Shown here: positions 11,404 to 21,469 of the stretch, in pieces
How positions within the stretch are numbered: position 1 is the first letter of the stretch
Layout of the letters: the number at the start of each line of letters is the position of its first letter
Assembly: GCA_038841535.1 (NCBI GenBank)
Contig: JAWBTQ010000003.1
Coordinates: forward strand, 32,001-96,000
From: Sulfolobales archaeon
GTDB lineage: Archaea; Thermoproteota; Thermoprotei_A; Sulfolobales; NBVN01
Direction: 5' to 3'
DNA: 64,000 nucleotides
Position numbers and translations under genes: made by a program
The notes under the pieces: generated by a model
The model's input: the letters and a program-made list of their open reading frames with translations, nothing else
Database searches by the model: none
What the model was told of the DNA's origin: nothing

Positions 11404-12111
11404 CTAATGCTGAGATTCTTCCACGATCACTACGGGTATAGGTACTTGAGACTGTGCTGGAACCTGTGCTTGAGGTGGTGTAGCCTTTATCTGCGGCTCC
11501 ACTGGTTCTGCTTCTAGCTTTGACAGCAACTCTAGGTGCTTCTCAACGTCTTTCCTCTCATCTAAACACTTGTTCTTAGCGTTTCTCATGAAGTCCATTG
11601 ATGCTTTGTATGACTGCTCACTAATCTCGTTGCTCATATACAGTACGTAAACGTTAGCTATGGCTCTCTCATACCTAATAACTTGGTCATCAAGCTCGTT
11701 TATCTTACCCTTAAGTACTTCCCTCAGCTTACCTGATTCGTCCTTTATCTTCTTGAACTCCGCTTCAAGCCTCTTTCTCATTTCTTCATACGCGTGCGTG
11801 GGTATCATGCCCTTCCTATTTAGCTCCTCAAGGGACCTTATTCTCTTTTTAACTCTATCTAACCTGTTTTCAACGTCTATAGCGACAACCTTCCACTCAG
11901 GAAGTACTATCAGTGCGTCTGGGGCCCTCATTATCCTATTCGCTTCAACTTTGACGAGCTCGTAGTCGTTGATAGCTATCTCTACCGCCTCAACATTCCC
12001 AGATACATCAGCAAATACGGCAATCAACTTACCCAAGCTTCTACCGTACTCATCCCTAACTACTTGACCTAGGAACTTCTCTACTTGATCTAGGGTGACC
12101 ATTCCCAGCAC
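11404..12111 (-). CDS. cdvA: Cell division protein CdvA
   Basis: PRC-barrel start (GQVVRDEYGR), PEWK, coiled coil, C-terminal PIPVVIV strand. Confidence 0.93.
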   Translation of the reverse strand: MLGMVTLDQVEKFLGQVVRDEYGRSLGKLIAVFADVSGNVEAVEIAINDYELVKVEANRIMRAPDALIVLPEWKVVAIDVENRLDRVKKRIRSLEELNRKGMIPTHAYEEMRKRLEAEFKKIKDESGKLREVLKGKINELDDQVIRYERAIANVYVLYMSNEISEQSYKASMDFMRNAKNKCLDERKDVEKHLELLSKLEAEPVEPQIKATPPQAQVPAQSQVPIPVVIVEESQH

Positions 12112-12181
12112 CGCAAAGCTATTCTCAAAGGCTACGTTATTTAAAAAACCGAGGCTTCTTTATGTCTATCTACTGCTGGTG

Positions 12182-13360
12182 CTATAAAGCCTGAGGCTCT
12201 GGAATCTCTTTAAGTTGGTTGAGAACGTAGTTCCGAATCTCGGATGGGGTGGGGTAGTCCCTGACTAACACTCCGTTTTCTAGCCACTTCAGTAGAATGT
12301 CTTCTAAGCACCTTGAAGGTCTTTCATCCCATAGAGTGACCTCGTAGTCTAAAACTCCACATCTATAAACCTTCTTAGCACCTGGCATTTTGCCTCTCTT
12401 AGCTATTGGTCTCCAAGCGCCATCGCGATAAACTTCAACTATGTCCATGCTAATATCAACCGGTTGTGGGAAAGCAATAGAGGTGCCGACACCAAATATG
12501 TCCACCGTATCTCTTAGTTCAACTATAGATCTCTCGTTTACACCACCACTAACAACTATTTTTATGCTAGGATGCCCTAAAGCCTTGAGAGTCCATCTGA
12601 TCTCCTCCACTATTTCCCTCATATCTCCGCGCCTACTTCTCGGAGTATCAAGCCTGACACCATATAAACGGTTGCCTAAGGCCTCAATAGCTTGAAGAGT
12701 TTCGACCCTTTCATCATTGAACGTGTCGACGAGCATTATCCTCGGTACTTCTGGTTCAATAACTTCATCGAAGGCCTTCCAAGACGCAACGTTATCTCCA
12801 AAAACTACTACGAGGGCGTGCGGCATCGTCCCAACAGGGTTCACCCCTAGGTACTCACGACTAAAGTCCCCAGATACGGCGTCAGCCCCACCTACGAATA
12901 CAGCTCTATCTACAGCGGGAGCTATTGCTGGGTGAAGAGCTCTTAAACCAAAGAAAACGACTCTTTTATCTGAAGCTAGTTTTTTCACCCTGGCTGCTTT
13001 AGTGGCTATGGAAGTGGTGTGCCTTAAAACCCCAAGAACGGCTGTTTCATACAGACACATATCAGCGTAAGAACCCTCTATGAGCATTACCGGGGTGTTT
13101 GATCTAACTAGAGTTCCTTCGGGAATAGAGTAAACGTTTAAGGGCTTACCCTGCAATATCTTCAGAGCCTCCTCTAGGCCTGAGTAAACAGCCCACTCGT
13201 AGCCTCTAGGAAGATCAGAGACGTGAACCTCCATTCTGACCCTAACCTTATCTAACCCCTTAGCCTCCAAGATCCTCTTAGTCCTAGTGAAGTATACGTC
13301 CGTAATCTTACCGCTGATGATCTCGTCTTCGCTAGCTACATATAGCCTCGGTCTATTCAT
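12182..13360 (-). CDS. pncB: Nicotinate phosphoribosyltransferase
   Basis: TDVYF, FGLR, GTMPH, VRLDTP, SGG, GVGT. Confidence 0.93.
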   Translation of the reverse strand: MNRPRLYVASEDEIISGKITDVYFTRTKRILEAKGLDKVRVRMEVHVSDLPRGYEWAVYSGLEEALKILQGKPLNVYSIPEGTLVRSNTPVMLIEGSYADMCLYETAVLGVLRHTTSIATKAARVKKLASDKRVVFFGLRALHPAIAPAVDRAVFVGGADAVSGDFSREYLGVNPVGTMPHALVVVFGDNVASWKAFDEVIEPEVPRIMLVDTFNDERVETLQAIEALGNRLYGVRLDTPRSRRGDMREIVEEIRWTLKALGHPSIKIVVSGGVNERSIVELRDTVDIFGVGTSIAFPQPVDISMDIVEVYRDGAWRPIAKRGKMPGAKKVYRCGVLDYEVTLWDERPSRCLEDILLKWLENGVLVRDYPTPSEIRNYVLNQLKEIPEPQAL

Positions 13361-13457
13361 ACGTCTGCCGCCATTAACTAGAGGAAACGATTGTTTATAA
13401 CCTAAAATCGTTAGTTGTTGACGCTAATTCTCGAGCATCGACAACGAATTTAGAGCT

Positions 13458-14372
13458 TTAACGTTCATGTGCTACCCCAACTAAATCTTGTAGAGATCGT
13501 CCCCCTATATTTCTTAGCCATACATTAAGTCCTCTTACAATGTTTCTTACCGCATCCGGTCCCCGATACACTAACGCAGTACCCACTTGGATAGCTCGTG
13601 AGCCAGCGAGTATTAGTTCTGCCGCATCTTTCCACGTAAATACCCCACCAACACCTATGATATCAGCTAGAGTCTCCTTGTAAACCGAGTAAACCGCCCA
13701 GACGGCAATTGGGTGAATAGATTTGCCGGAGAGCCCTCCGTATACGTTCGTTAGAAGAGGTTTAAAAGAGTGTACATCAATAGCCATCCCCCTGACCGTA
13801 TTTATAAGCGTGAGAGCTCTAGCTCCTGCTTCAAGAGCCTTGACTGACGCATCTACGATTCTATCGGACAGCCCTAGCTTTACTATAACTGGGATTCTGA
13901 TCGCCGAGGATACTTCTCTAACTGTATTGAACACTGCTACAGGGTCTCTACCTAGCTCCAAACCACCTCCCTTGAAGTGGGGACAGCTCATGTTTAGCTC
14001 AACAGCACTAGAACCTACCTCTTCAGCTGTAATAGCTACGTCAATGAAATCGTTGACACTAACACCACCAACACTCACAATTACTGGAACCCCGTGCTTC
14101 TTAGCTGACTCAACAAAAGGCCTTAAACCAGCTCTACCCGGGTTAGATAGACCTACAGCGTTGAGAAGGCTTCCACAGCGCAACCTAACTATTATAGGAG
14201 GGTTATAGCCCTCTCTAGGCTCTCTAGTGAAAGTCTTCGAAACAATAGCGGACACCCCCCAAGATGCCATGAGATCCGCGTGCTCAGGTAAGTACCCTAG
14301 TATACCGCTAGCATTCATTACCGGGTGTACTAGCTGTAAGCCAGCTACTCTCGTCTCTAACTTTTCAATCAA
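13458..14372 (-). CDS. pyrD: Dihydroorotate dehydrogenase, catalytic subunit (1B)
   Basis: MNASG, NAVGLSNPG, ELNMSCP, GGLSG. Confidence 0.95.
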   Translation of the reverse strand: MIEKLETRVAGLQLVHPVMNASGILGYLPEHADLMASWGVSAIVSKTFTREPREGYNPPIIVRLRCGSLLNAVGLSNPGRAGLRPFVESAKKHGVPVIVSVGGVSVNDFIDVAITAEEVGSSAVELNMSCPHFKGGGLELGRDPVAVFNTVREVSSAIRIPVIVKLGLSDRIVDASVKALEAGARALTLINTVRGMAIDVHSFKPLLTNVYGGLSGKSIHPIAVWAVYSVYKETLADIIGVGGVFTWKDAAELILAGSRAIQVGTALVYRGPDAVRNIVRGLNVWLRNIGGRSLQDLVGVAHER

Positions 14373-15085
14373 AATGCTTCACACCCTACGACAGGACCGT
14401 CTCTACAGAGCAGAAGCCCGCCGATCACGCAACTGCCGCAAACCCCTAAACCACACTTCACTAGTGTTTCAGCTATAACGAGCCCCGACCTAACGCTGCG
14501 ACCTTTTAACCAACTACACACTCTTTTAACCATCTCCGTAGGTCCGGATACGAGAACTAACTCGTTGCTGTTTAAGTTCAACTTGTCTAAGTAGTCTGTG
14601 AGCTTACCGCAGAAACCGAAAGTGCAGTCCTCACTAGCAACTGCTAAAACCTTTAGCTTTGGAAACCTCGTGATTAGAGCCTCAGCTAGCTCTCCATGCT
14701 TAACACCCCATATTCCACTAAAACTCTCGAGGTATTTAGTATAGTAGAGCACTGGTGCTATGCCTGAGCCACCCACTAAGAACGCAGGCTTCTCGATCTC
14801 TATAAAGCTCTGCCCTACAGGCTCTGAAATAGCAATAACATCTCCCGGCTTCCTGAGAGATAGGCTCTTAGTGCCCTCACCAACAACCTTGTAGAAGAAC
14901 TTAACTAATCCGTTCTCGTAGTAGGCATAGCTCAGTGGTATCAAGTCTACTCCTGGAACCCAAACCATCGAGAACTGCGGCGGTAGTGGCGTCTTTCTGA
15001 GCTTGCGAAGAGTTTTGACAACCAGAATATAATAATTTCCATAAACTTGCTCGTTGGATACCACTTTCGACGGTACGTAGCTCAA
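14369..15085 (-). CDS. pyrK: Dihydroorotate dehydrogenase electron-transfer subunit
   Basis: GGSGIAP; CGLGVCGSC...CRDGPV 2Fe-2S motif. Confidence 0.92.
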   Translation of the reverse strand: MSYVPSKVVSNEQVYGNYYILVVKTLRKLRKTPLPPQFSMVWVPGVDLIPLSYAYYENGLVKFFYKVVGEGTKSLSLRKPGDVIAISEPVGQSFIEIEKPAFLVGGSGIAPVLYYTKYLESFSGIWGVKHGELAEALITRFPKLKVLAVASEDCTFGFCGKLTDYLDKLNLNSNELVLVSGPTEMVKRVCSWLKGRSVRSGLVIAETLVKCGLGVCGSCVIGGLLLCRDGPVVGCEAF

Positions 15086-15669
15086 TCTTCAACTACCTGA
15101 GACATTATTAAGTCGTATTGCTCTTTAATGATTAAATTCCTCTTTAGTGCCTCACTAGCTAAACTAGCTATATCACAAAGAGATACCAGCTTTAACCCTA
15201 AGTTTTTCACGAGCTTTCCACCGCCCTGTTGCCTATTAAAGGCTACAGCAGCTAGCACCGGGATGGCTCCAGAGCTTGTGAGGGCTTCATACGCTCTCCT
15301 TATAGTGCCTCCAGTAGTTAAGACATCGTCAACTATAGCGACTCTCAAATTTCTTACATCTCCCTCAACCTCTCTCCCTAAACCATGGTTTTTCGGCTCA
15401 CTTCTAACGAAAGTTACCGGCATATCGAATAGGGCTCCCACGTACGAGGCTATTAGTGCTCCAGCTACAGCAACTCCAACGAGTGCGTCAACGTTTTCTT
15501 TTCGCACCATTAACCCTATTTCGTATGCTGCTCTCTTAATGTAGCTTGGTACCATAGTGGCTTCCTTAAAGTTTATGTAGTAATAGGACTCTATACCCGA
15601 CGACAACTTGAACTTACCGAACTTCACTAACCCTAATTTCACAGCCTCTAGACAGAGCTCGTGCGGCAA
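15082..15669 (-). CDS. pyrE: Orotate phosphoribosyltransferase
   Basis: FKLSSG.ES.YY; VDDVLTTGGT PRPP loop. Confidence 0.95.
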   Translation of the reverse strand: MPHELCLEAVKLGLVKFGKFKLSSGIESYYYINFKEATMVPSYIKRAAYEIGLMVRKENVDALVGVAVAGALIASYVGALFDMPVTFVRSEPKNHGLGREVEGDVRNLRVAIVDDVLTTGGTIRRAYEALTSSGAIPVLAAVAFNRQQGGGKLVKNLGLKLVSLCDIASLASEALKRNLIIKEQYDLIMSQVVED

Positions 15670-16343
15670 GATCTCACCTCTTTCTCTACTTCGCTTATAA
15701 CTTCTCTGGCAACTCTGAGTGGATCGGGAGCTCTAACTACAGACCTACCAACTATTTCGTAGTTTGCCCCATGACATATGGCGGTCCCGTATTTAGCTCC
15801 TTGAGCACCGACACCAGGTGAAAGAATCTTAGTAGAGCTTCCGAGTGCGGCTCTTGCTTCACTTACGAGGCGCGGTCTAGTTGCTGGAACGACGACGCCC
15901 CAAACATTGAGCTCTCTAGCTATCTTCAGGAACTCACTAAAGTGTTTATCGTAAAACTCCTTAGATCCTTCGTGGCTCATCGAAATTAGGAGAGCTACGT
16001 TAACACCCAGCTTCGACGCCTTATCTACTAAGGCTTCTAAACCACCTCGAACACCTACAAATGCGTGAACTATAGCTATACTATAACCTAGTTCCGCTAT
16101 TGCTTCAATGGAGCTGCTCATAACATCCCCAATATCAGCAAGCTTAAAGTCGGCAACTCCCAGAACGTCGGCTCTCCGAGCTAGCTTAGCTATGTCTCTT
16201 AGTAGCTCTGTTCCTTTCTTGAGAAGTAAGGGTAGACCTACTTTAACTCCATCAAACATCGAAATTAGTCTACCTAAACACTCTAGTTCTCTACATGCGT
16301 CAGGTAGACCATCTAGGGCTAGTACTACTCCCGTATGCCCAAC
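15648..16343 (-). CDS. pyrF: Orotidine-5'-phosphate decarboxylase (frame extends upstream of the track's ATG at 16259; start uncertain)
   Basis: VKVG, DFKLADI, SPGVGAQG, VGRS; conserved VVLALD strand lies in frame upstream of the annotated ATG. Confidence 0.93.
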   Translation of the reverse strand, partial: VGHTGVVLALDGLPDACRELECLGRLISMFDGVKVGLPLLLKKGTELLRDIAKLARRADVLGVADFKLADIGDVMSSSIEAIAELGYSIAIVHAFVGVRGGLEALVDKASKLGVNVALLISMSHEGSKEFYDKHFSEFLKIARELNVWGVVVPATRPRLVSEARAALGSSTKILSPGVGAQGAKYGTAICHGANYEIVGRSVVRAPDPLRVAREVISEVEKEVRSCRTSSV

Positions 16344-16584
16344 CCATTTATACTGTTGAGCTTAAAAGCACGTAGAACTTAAAACCATATCGAGTTGAAC
16401 CTCGCTGAGCAATAGAGACTTCCTACAACCACTGTTTAATGCTTTAATACTCATAGTGTATTAAGGGCACTAGCTAGAGTCTGTCCATGCGATACATTAG
16501 TAGACCCCTTCGCTAAATAGCATAATAATTCTGATACTGTGGACCTTACTAAGCAATTTAAATCTATCCACAACAGTATTAGGG

Positions 16585-16661
<77 letters not shown>

Positions 16662-16857
16662 CTTTTCTAGCCCGAATATGACACCTAGAGCTAAAACTGG
16701 GTAGCGTTACGAGAAAATATCGTGATGAACTAAGGTTAGCATACTTAACTACTCAACCTAGAAAGCTCTTAACTCCTCCCTAAAGTAGCGTCTAGGGCTA
16801 CCGTCTCTCAGCCCCACATAGAGTTGTGGTTTTAATACTTTACGTAGTGAGTATTAC

Positions 16858-18495
16858 TTGATGTATATATCTGAAGTGATAACTGCGGTCGCTATAGTGG
16901 TTCTAAACATAGTTATTGGAGTATCCTTTAGTGCCCCTGGTTTAATCACGACCCACTACTTACCTCTGGTACCGTTTATAGTCGCAGTGTGCGGTTTTCT
17001 TGCTAGTAAGTTGAGGAACGCTCTGATAGTCCTCATCGAGGCTTTACTCATTGTAGTAGTCGTAGCGATGTACTCTCGCTTTGAGCTCCTTGTATCGTAC
17101 CTGTTTTCGTATGTTCTCGGCTTCGCTATAGGCTTATTAAGAAGAAAGAGTCCTCTAGATTTCAGGTTGTGGACTCCAGCTAACTATTACCACACCGTGT
17201 TCTCGCTAGGGTTCTCTCTAGTAGGTGCCGGTATTGTCGGACTATCAGGGATCCCTCTCGAAACTCCTGCAGGCGCCCTCATCAGGAGGGGGGCATCAGC
17301 CGAGACCCTAGTTTTTACTATCGCAGTCTACGTAGTTCAAGCTTACGTATCCTCAGCAGCACCTAGTGCTAGCTTGATGGTGTTGGCTTTACTATCGCTG
17401 CTTTCACCATATACTCTTCCGATATTAGCCGTTCTCCCTTATTTAGGTGGTGCTACCCGAGTATATCTCAAAAACCGCTTCTTGAAGGTGGGTAAGGTAG
17501 TTGAAGTCGTCAAGGGAGTTAGAGCTAGAGAGCTTCTAATCCCATTTGAGAGAGGACTTAATAGGAATATTGTTATCGTTGGTGCTACTGGCACAGGCAA
17601 ATCCACTCTAGCGAAGCATTTAGTTAACCAGGTTAGGGCTCTGGGTATACCTGTCGTCGTCTTCGACGTGCACGGCGAGCACTGCAGTGAATGTGAAGAA
17701 TGTGAGTGTGTTGATGCTACTGAGCTATCTGTAGACATATTCCGAATATACGAAGAGGATCCTAAGACTCGGGCAGAGTTTGTAGCTGACGCTATATCGG
17801 AAATATACTCTCTTGGAAACCTTCAGAGGATAGCTCTCTCTAAGGCTTTATCGCATGTGTATGGAATCGCTCATGGAGGTTTAGGATTCGACTACCTTCT
17901 CGAATACCTTTGGAGGGCTTCTTACGGAGAGGTAGACCTCGGAGTCCCTCAAACCGTTGTTCGCTCTCTCATACCCTATTTAGAGAAATTGAAGAGCGTC
18001 TTTAAAACCAGTGGTAAAAGCATAGTAGAATTCGTGAATACTGTAACAATAGTCGACTACTCAAAATTGAGTAGCGGAGTAGCTACGATAATATCTGAGA
18101 TAGCTACCGACGAACTCTACCATACATTCAAAGACCTTAATAGAGAGTTCGTTCTAGTTGTGGATGAGGCACACAGATTCTTGAGAAAGGGAAGGGCTCT
18201 ATCGAGGTTATTCAGAGAAGGTAGAAAGTACGGTATATCATCGATCCTGATAACACAGGATGTTATCAGCATCCCGAGAGAACTACTCCTAAATACTGCG
18301 GCACTAATCTCGTTTTCTGTACCTGAGGTCTCTACAGCACGATACATAGCAAAAATAATCTCTCCTGGTGACACAAATCTTTACGAAAAAATCCTCAGCA
18401 AGCTTACATCCCTACCTCAATTCTACGCTCTTACATCAATACCCGGTATGGGGTCTTACATCATTGAGACTCAAAAACCGTACTTTACGCAATAG
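16858..18495 (+). CDS. Multi-TM membrane-anchored HerA/FtsK/VirD4-like ATPase (possible CedD-like DNA transfer ATPase)
   Basis: About 200-aa hydrophobic N-terminus; GATGTGKS, FDVHGE, LVVDEAH, REGRKYG, ITQ. Confidence 0.75.
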   Translation: MMYISEVITAVAIVVLNIVIGVSFSAPGLITTHYLPLVPFIVAVCGFLASKLRNALIVLIEALLIVVVVAMYSRFELLVSYLFSYVLGFAIGLLRRKSPLDFRLWTPANYYHTVFSLGFSLVGAGIVGLSGIPLETPAGALIRRGASAETLVFTIAVYVVQAYVSSAAPSASLMVLALLSLLSPYTLPILAVLPYLGGATRVYLKNRFLKVGKVVEVVKGVRARELLIPFERGLNRNIVIVGATGTGKSTLAKHLVNQVRALGIPVVVFDVHGEHCSECEECECVDATELSVDIFRIYEEDPKTRAEFVADAISEIYSLGNLQRIALSKALSHVYGIAHGGLGFDYLLEYLWRASYGEVDLGVPQTVVRSLIPYLEKLKSVFKTSGKSIVEFVNTVTIVDYSKLSSGVATIISEIATDELYHTFKDLNREFVLVVDEAHRFLRKGRALSRLFREGRKYGISSILITQDVISIPRELLLNTAALISFSVPEVSTARYIAKIISPGDTNLYEKILSKLTSLPQFYALTSIPGMGSYIIETQKPYFTQ

Positions 18496-18509
18496 AGAAA
18501 ATAATAGCA

Positions 18510-18775
18510 CTCCTCTCGTTTCCAGTTTTGACCCTTACTTCTAGAGCCCAAGATGCTGAGGTAAGCTAGAATACGGCAACAAAACACCTCACCGCCTAAG
18601 ATGAAGGTCTGTAGGACATAGTGACAGGTATAAACTCCTCTTAAAGAGTACAGGATGTGGGGTCTCAGGGTACCTTAGAACACCTACGAGGACGACGTCG
18701 ACCCAAGTTCGATGTAAGAGGAGGGATGAGGCGATAACCGATAACGTTAAGTAATATAAGTCATCATGAGAGTGG
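18510..18775 (+). pseudogene. tnpB: IS200/IS605 tnpB 3'-end remnant (A)
   Basis: Broken PRC*GKLEY Zn-finger piece, DIVTGIN, RMWG; nucleotide similarity to the remnant at 32.4-32.6 kb (caRgatgtggRgt ... gacccRag ... gatgaggcRat). Confidence 0.65.
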
Positions 18776-18842
18776 ACTCCCGCGAACTAGAGCCGCTAAC
18801 GTAGGAGCACCTAATGCTTTTAAATCTCTGTGCTATCTTGTT

Positions 18843-19142
18843 GTGGTGCGTCTCTTGCCAAAAAAGCGTGAAAGTAGAGGTAGAAGGAAGGGTAGTAAGG
18901 GATCTGTTGAGACTGTACAGTGTGACCAGTGCGGTAGGCTCATACCAGAGGATAAAGCCATATGTGTAACTAAGTGGTACTCTCCAGTAGATCCTCAACT
19001 AGCTGATGAACTAGAGAAGAAGGGATCGATCATAGCTAAGTACCCGGTTACGAGGTGCTACTGTGTTAGCTGCGCAGTGTTCATGGGGATAGTTAAGGTT
19101 AGACCTGAGGAGGAAAGAAAGAGGAGAGATATCCTCAAGTAG
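18843..19142 (+). CDS. rps26e: 30S ribosomal protein S26e
   Basis: PKKRESRGRRKG, CDQCGR.IPEDKA, YCVSCA. Confidence 0.97.
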   Translation: MVRLLPKKRESRGRRKGSKGSVETVQCDQCGRLIPEDKAICVTKWYSPVDPQLADELEKKGSIIAKYPVTRCYCVSCAVFMGIVKVRPEEERKRRDILK

Positions 19143-19170
19143 TAATAAAACCAGGACACGTCATAATTTA

Positions 19171-19221
19171 AGTGATGAAAGCTGGTATTTCTGATGTGTG
19201 ATGTGTGATACCAGAACTGAT
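19171..19221 (+). ncRNA. Box C/D 2'-O-methylation guide sRNA (double guide, 16S helix 18)
   Basis: C GTGATGA 19172-78; guide AAGCTGGTATTT; D' CTGA 19191-94; C' GTGATGT; guide GTGATACCAGAA; D CTGA 19217-20. Confidence 0.85.
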
Positions 19222-19341
19222 TTGTGAAGTACTCTACCTATCGTGGTCAATATCGAGAACCTCATTAACGCAGAACTTGTTTACTGCAGTCCGCTTGCCT
19301 TCACCAAAGAGCATCTATCTTTCACGATAGTAGCACGAGAG

Positions 19342-20316
19342 ATGCGTAAGGGGAGGTACTACAAAGCGTTGAAGCTAAAGTAGGGGTTGTTGGCGAGAAC
19401 CATAGCCAGCTACTATAAGATTTAATACTGATTAGACGCGCTCTCTAAAAGTCTTTTGACTCTCTGCAGGAGCTCGATAAATTACCGAAGAAAAGACGGC
19501 CCCGCCAGCTACTCTACCCAGATCTCAAGAAGTGCGGCTTCAGAGCACGTGTAGCTAGAAACGTGTGCGATACAGACCTTCGTTAGTGAAGTTAGCAAAG
19601 AGAAACACAGCTCAAAGCCTATTATCGAGAGGACGCACACTCCGATGGGTGTGCTAGCACTAGACATCAACCTCAAGCAAATAACGGTATTGATGGGTGT
19701 GATGTGAGAAGGTAAATGACGAGGTTCATGAACGTGCTCAGCAAGAAGGCTAGAGCAAAAGAAATAGAAGGAAGTACATGGAGAGATGGAGATGCAACAA
19801 GAGGGTTCTGAGCAGAGTTAGGGCTCCACATAGAAAAGCAAGAAACATCATACCAGGCTTGTCTGAGAAATTCACTAAGGAGTTAGTACTAAAGGCAAGA
19901 AAACGTAGATACGCAATCGCAGTAGAGGACTTAACCTATTGAGGAACATTATCAACACGAGTTAATCTCGTTGCCTGAAAGCTACCGTTATTCGCATACA
20001 GGAAAACAATTGAAACAATTGTTTGCAAAGCAGCAGAGTATAACATACCGGTAGTGCCCTGGACCCGAGGAATGCACCACCCACTTGCTCTAATAGCAGG
20101 TTACTCTGAAATACGCTAGCAGGTTATCTACCTGAAAATGCGGCTTCGTAGGGGATAGGAATGTTGTTGGAGTCGTGAACGTGTGGCTAAGGGCTCTCTA
20201 CGAGTATGTAGGGGGCTGGGGTCTCTTACGAGAGCTCCGCTGTGAAAAATGAAACAAGACAGAGTGAGGAAACCACACATGAAGAGATTACCGTAACCGC
20301 AGTTATTCAGAAGTAA
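19342..20316 (+). pseudogene. tnpB: Degraded IS200/IS605 (IS1341-type) tnpB (B)
   Basis: Frameshifted pieces: MRKGRYYKALKL, VLALDIN (RuvC-I, ~19651), AIAVEDL (RuvC-II, ~19922), KAAEYNIPVV, DPRN, KCGFVGDRNVVGVVNVW. Confidence 0.88.
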
Positions 20317-20397
20317 TAAAAGTGTCAACATGACCTAAACCCTAGAGTAAAAGCTAGAGTTACAGCTGAGTGCTTTGCCCTCTAAAGAGACGGGAGA

Positions 20398-20688
20398 TCA
20401 GCCCGACTTCTTTTTCTTTCTTACCGCTTTCCTTTCTTTAACAACTTTTCTTTCTCTCTTTTTTCTCTCTTTTGCTGTCGATGTACTACTTAGCTTACCC
20501 ATCTCCTCGATGTATCTAGCTGGCTCACTAGAGCGGGATGCTTCGTAGAGTAGGTCGCTAATCTTAATCATAATCTCAAGTCCTCCAACATCGACGACGA
20601 AATCGGGTGGTGCTTCTTCTAGTGCCTCTGGCGCCTCTTCCACTTCCTCCGCTCTTTCCTCTATATCCGCTTTTTCCTCCTCACTCAC
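20398..20688 (-). CDS. rpo13: RNA polymerase subunit Rpo13-like protein
   Basis: 96 aa; acidic N-terminus, central helical pair (LEIMIKISDLL), Lys/Arg-rich tail, matching the Rpo13 architecture. Confidence 0.6.
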   Translation of the reverse strand: MSEEEKADIEERAEEVEEAPEALEEAPPDFVVDVGGLEIMIKISDLLYEASRSSEPARYIEEMGKLSSTSTAKERKKRERKVVKERKAVRKKKKSG

Positions 20689-20824
20689 ACTGATGCCCCT
20701 AATCTTTTAGAAAGGAGTTTAAGAATTTAAAGGATAGCGTGCGTGGAGTGACTGATGGTTTTACTGTGCAATAGCTAATAAATTCTTGAAGAAGCTACTT
20801 CGTGGAGTAAGCAAGGTATGAAAT

Positions 20825-21355
20825 ATGAGTATTAAGCTGTTTGTTTTAAGGTGTGGGTCCGATGACCCTCGGAAGTCTACAGCCCTTAAGCTAGTTAGAA
20901 AAGGAATTGCCCAAAAAGCTCAGATCAGTGAGCTACCGAAATGCTGTGTGTTGCTTACGGTATATTCAAGTAAGGTGCTCTCACCGCAAGATAGAGAGCT
21001 AGTAAGGAAATGTGGCATAGCCGTCATAGACTCCTCTTGGAGAAGCGATATGGGCATTATCGAAAACATCAGCAAGAACTGGGCGGGACCTAAGAGAGTT
21101 CTACCCGCACTCGTCGCTGGCAACCCCATAAATTACGGACACGTCTCATTACTCAGCTCGGCAGAAGCTCTCGCCGCAGCTCTATACATAACCGGGTTTC
21201 TAGAAGAGTCATTAAACGTGCTCTCTCAGTTTAAGTGGGGTCAGACATTCTTGTACCTAAACCGAGAGTTACTAGAGTCGTACAGAAAAGCTTCTACCGT
21301 CGAAGAGCTCCTGGACGTGCAAGCAGAGTTTCTAAAATCAAGAAACTTAGTATAA
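20825..21355 (+). CDS. tsr3: 16S rRNA aminocarboxypropyltransferase Tsr3
   Basis: DDPRKST..KL, DSSW, LPALVAGNPINYG, LSSAEALAA, FKWG.TF. Confidence 0.93.
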   Translation: MSIKLFVLRCGSDDPRKSTALKLVRKGIAQKAQISELPKCCVLLTVYSSKVLSPQDRELVRKCGIAVIDSSWRSDMGIIENISKNWAGPKRVLPALVAGNPINYGHVSLLSSAEALAAALYITGFLEESLNVLSQFKWGQTFLYLNRELLESYRKASTVEELLDVQAEFLKSRNLV

Positions 21356-21469
21356 AATACCTGCCACATTAAACTCCACCTTTCCACGAATGCAAATACT
21401 CTCACTAATATCTAAGCTCAACCAGGGGACGGCATTGAGATATTCGATTCTAGAGCCAGATCGGTGCAT

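Noticed and set aside
16722-16790. GTGATGA box C downstream of tRNA-Thr
   Set aside because: No D' or D box at guide spacing
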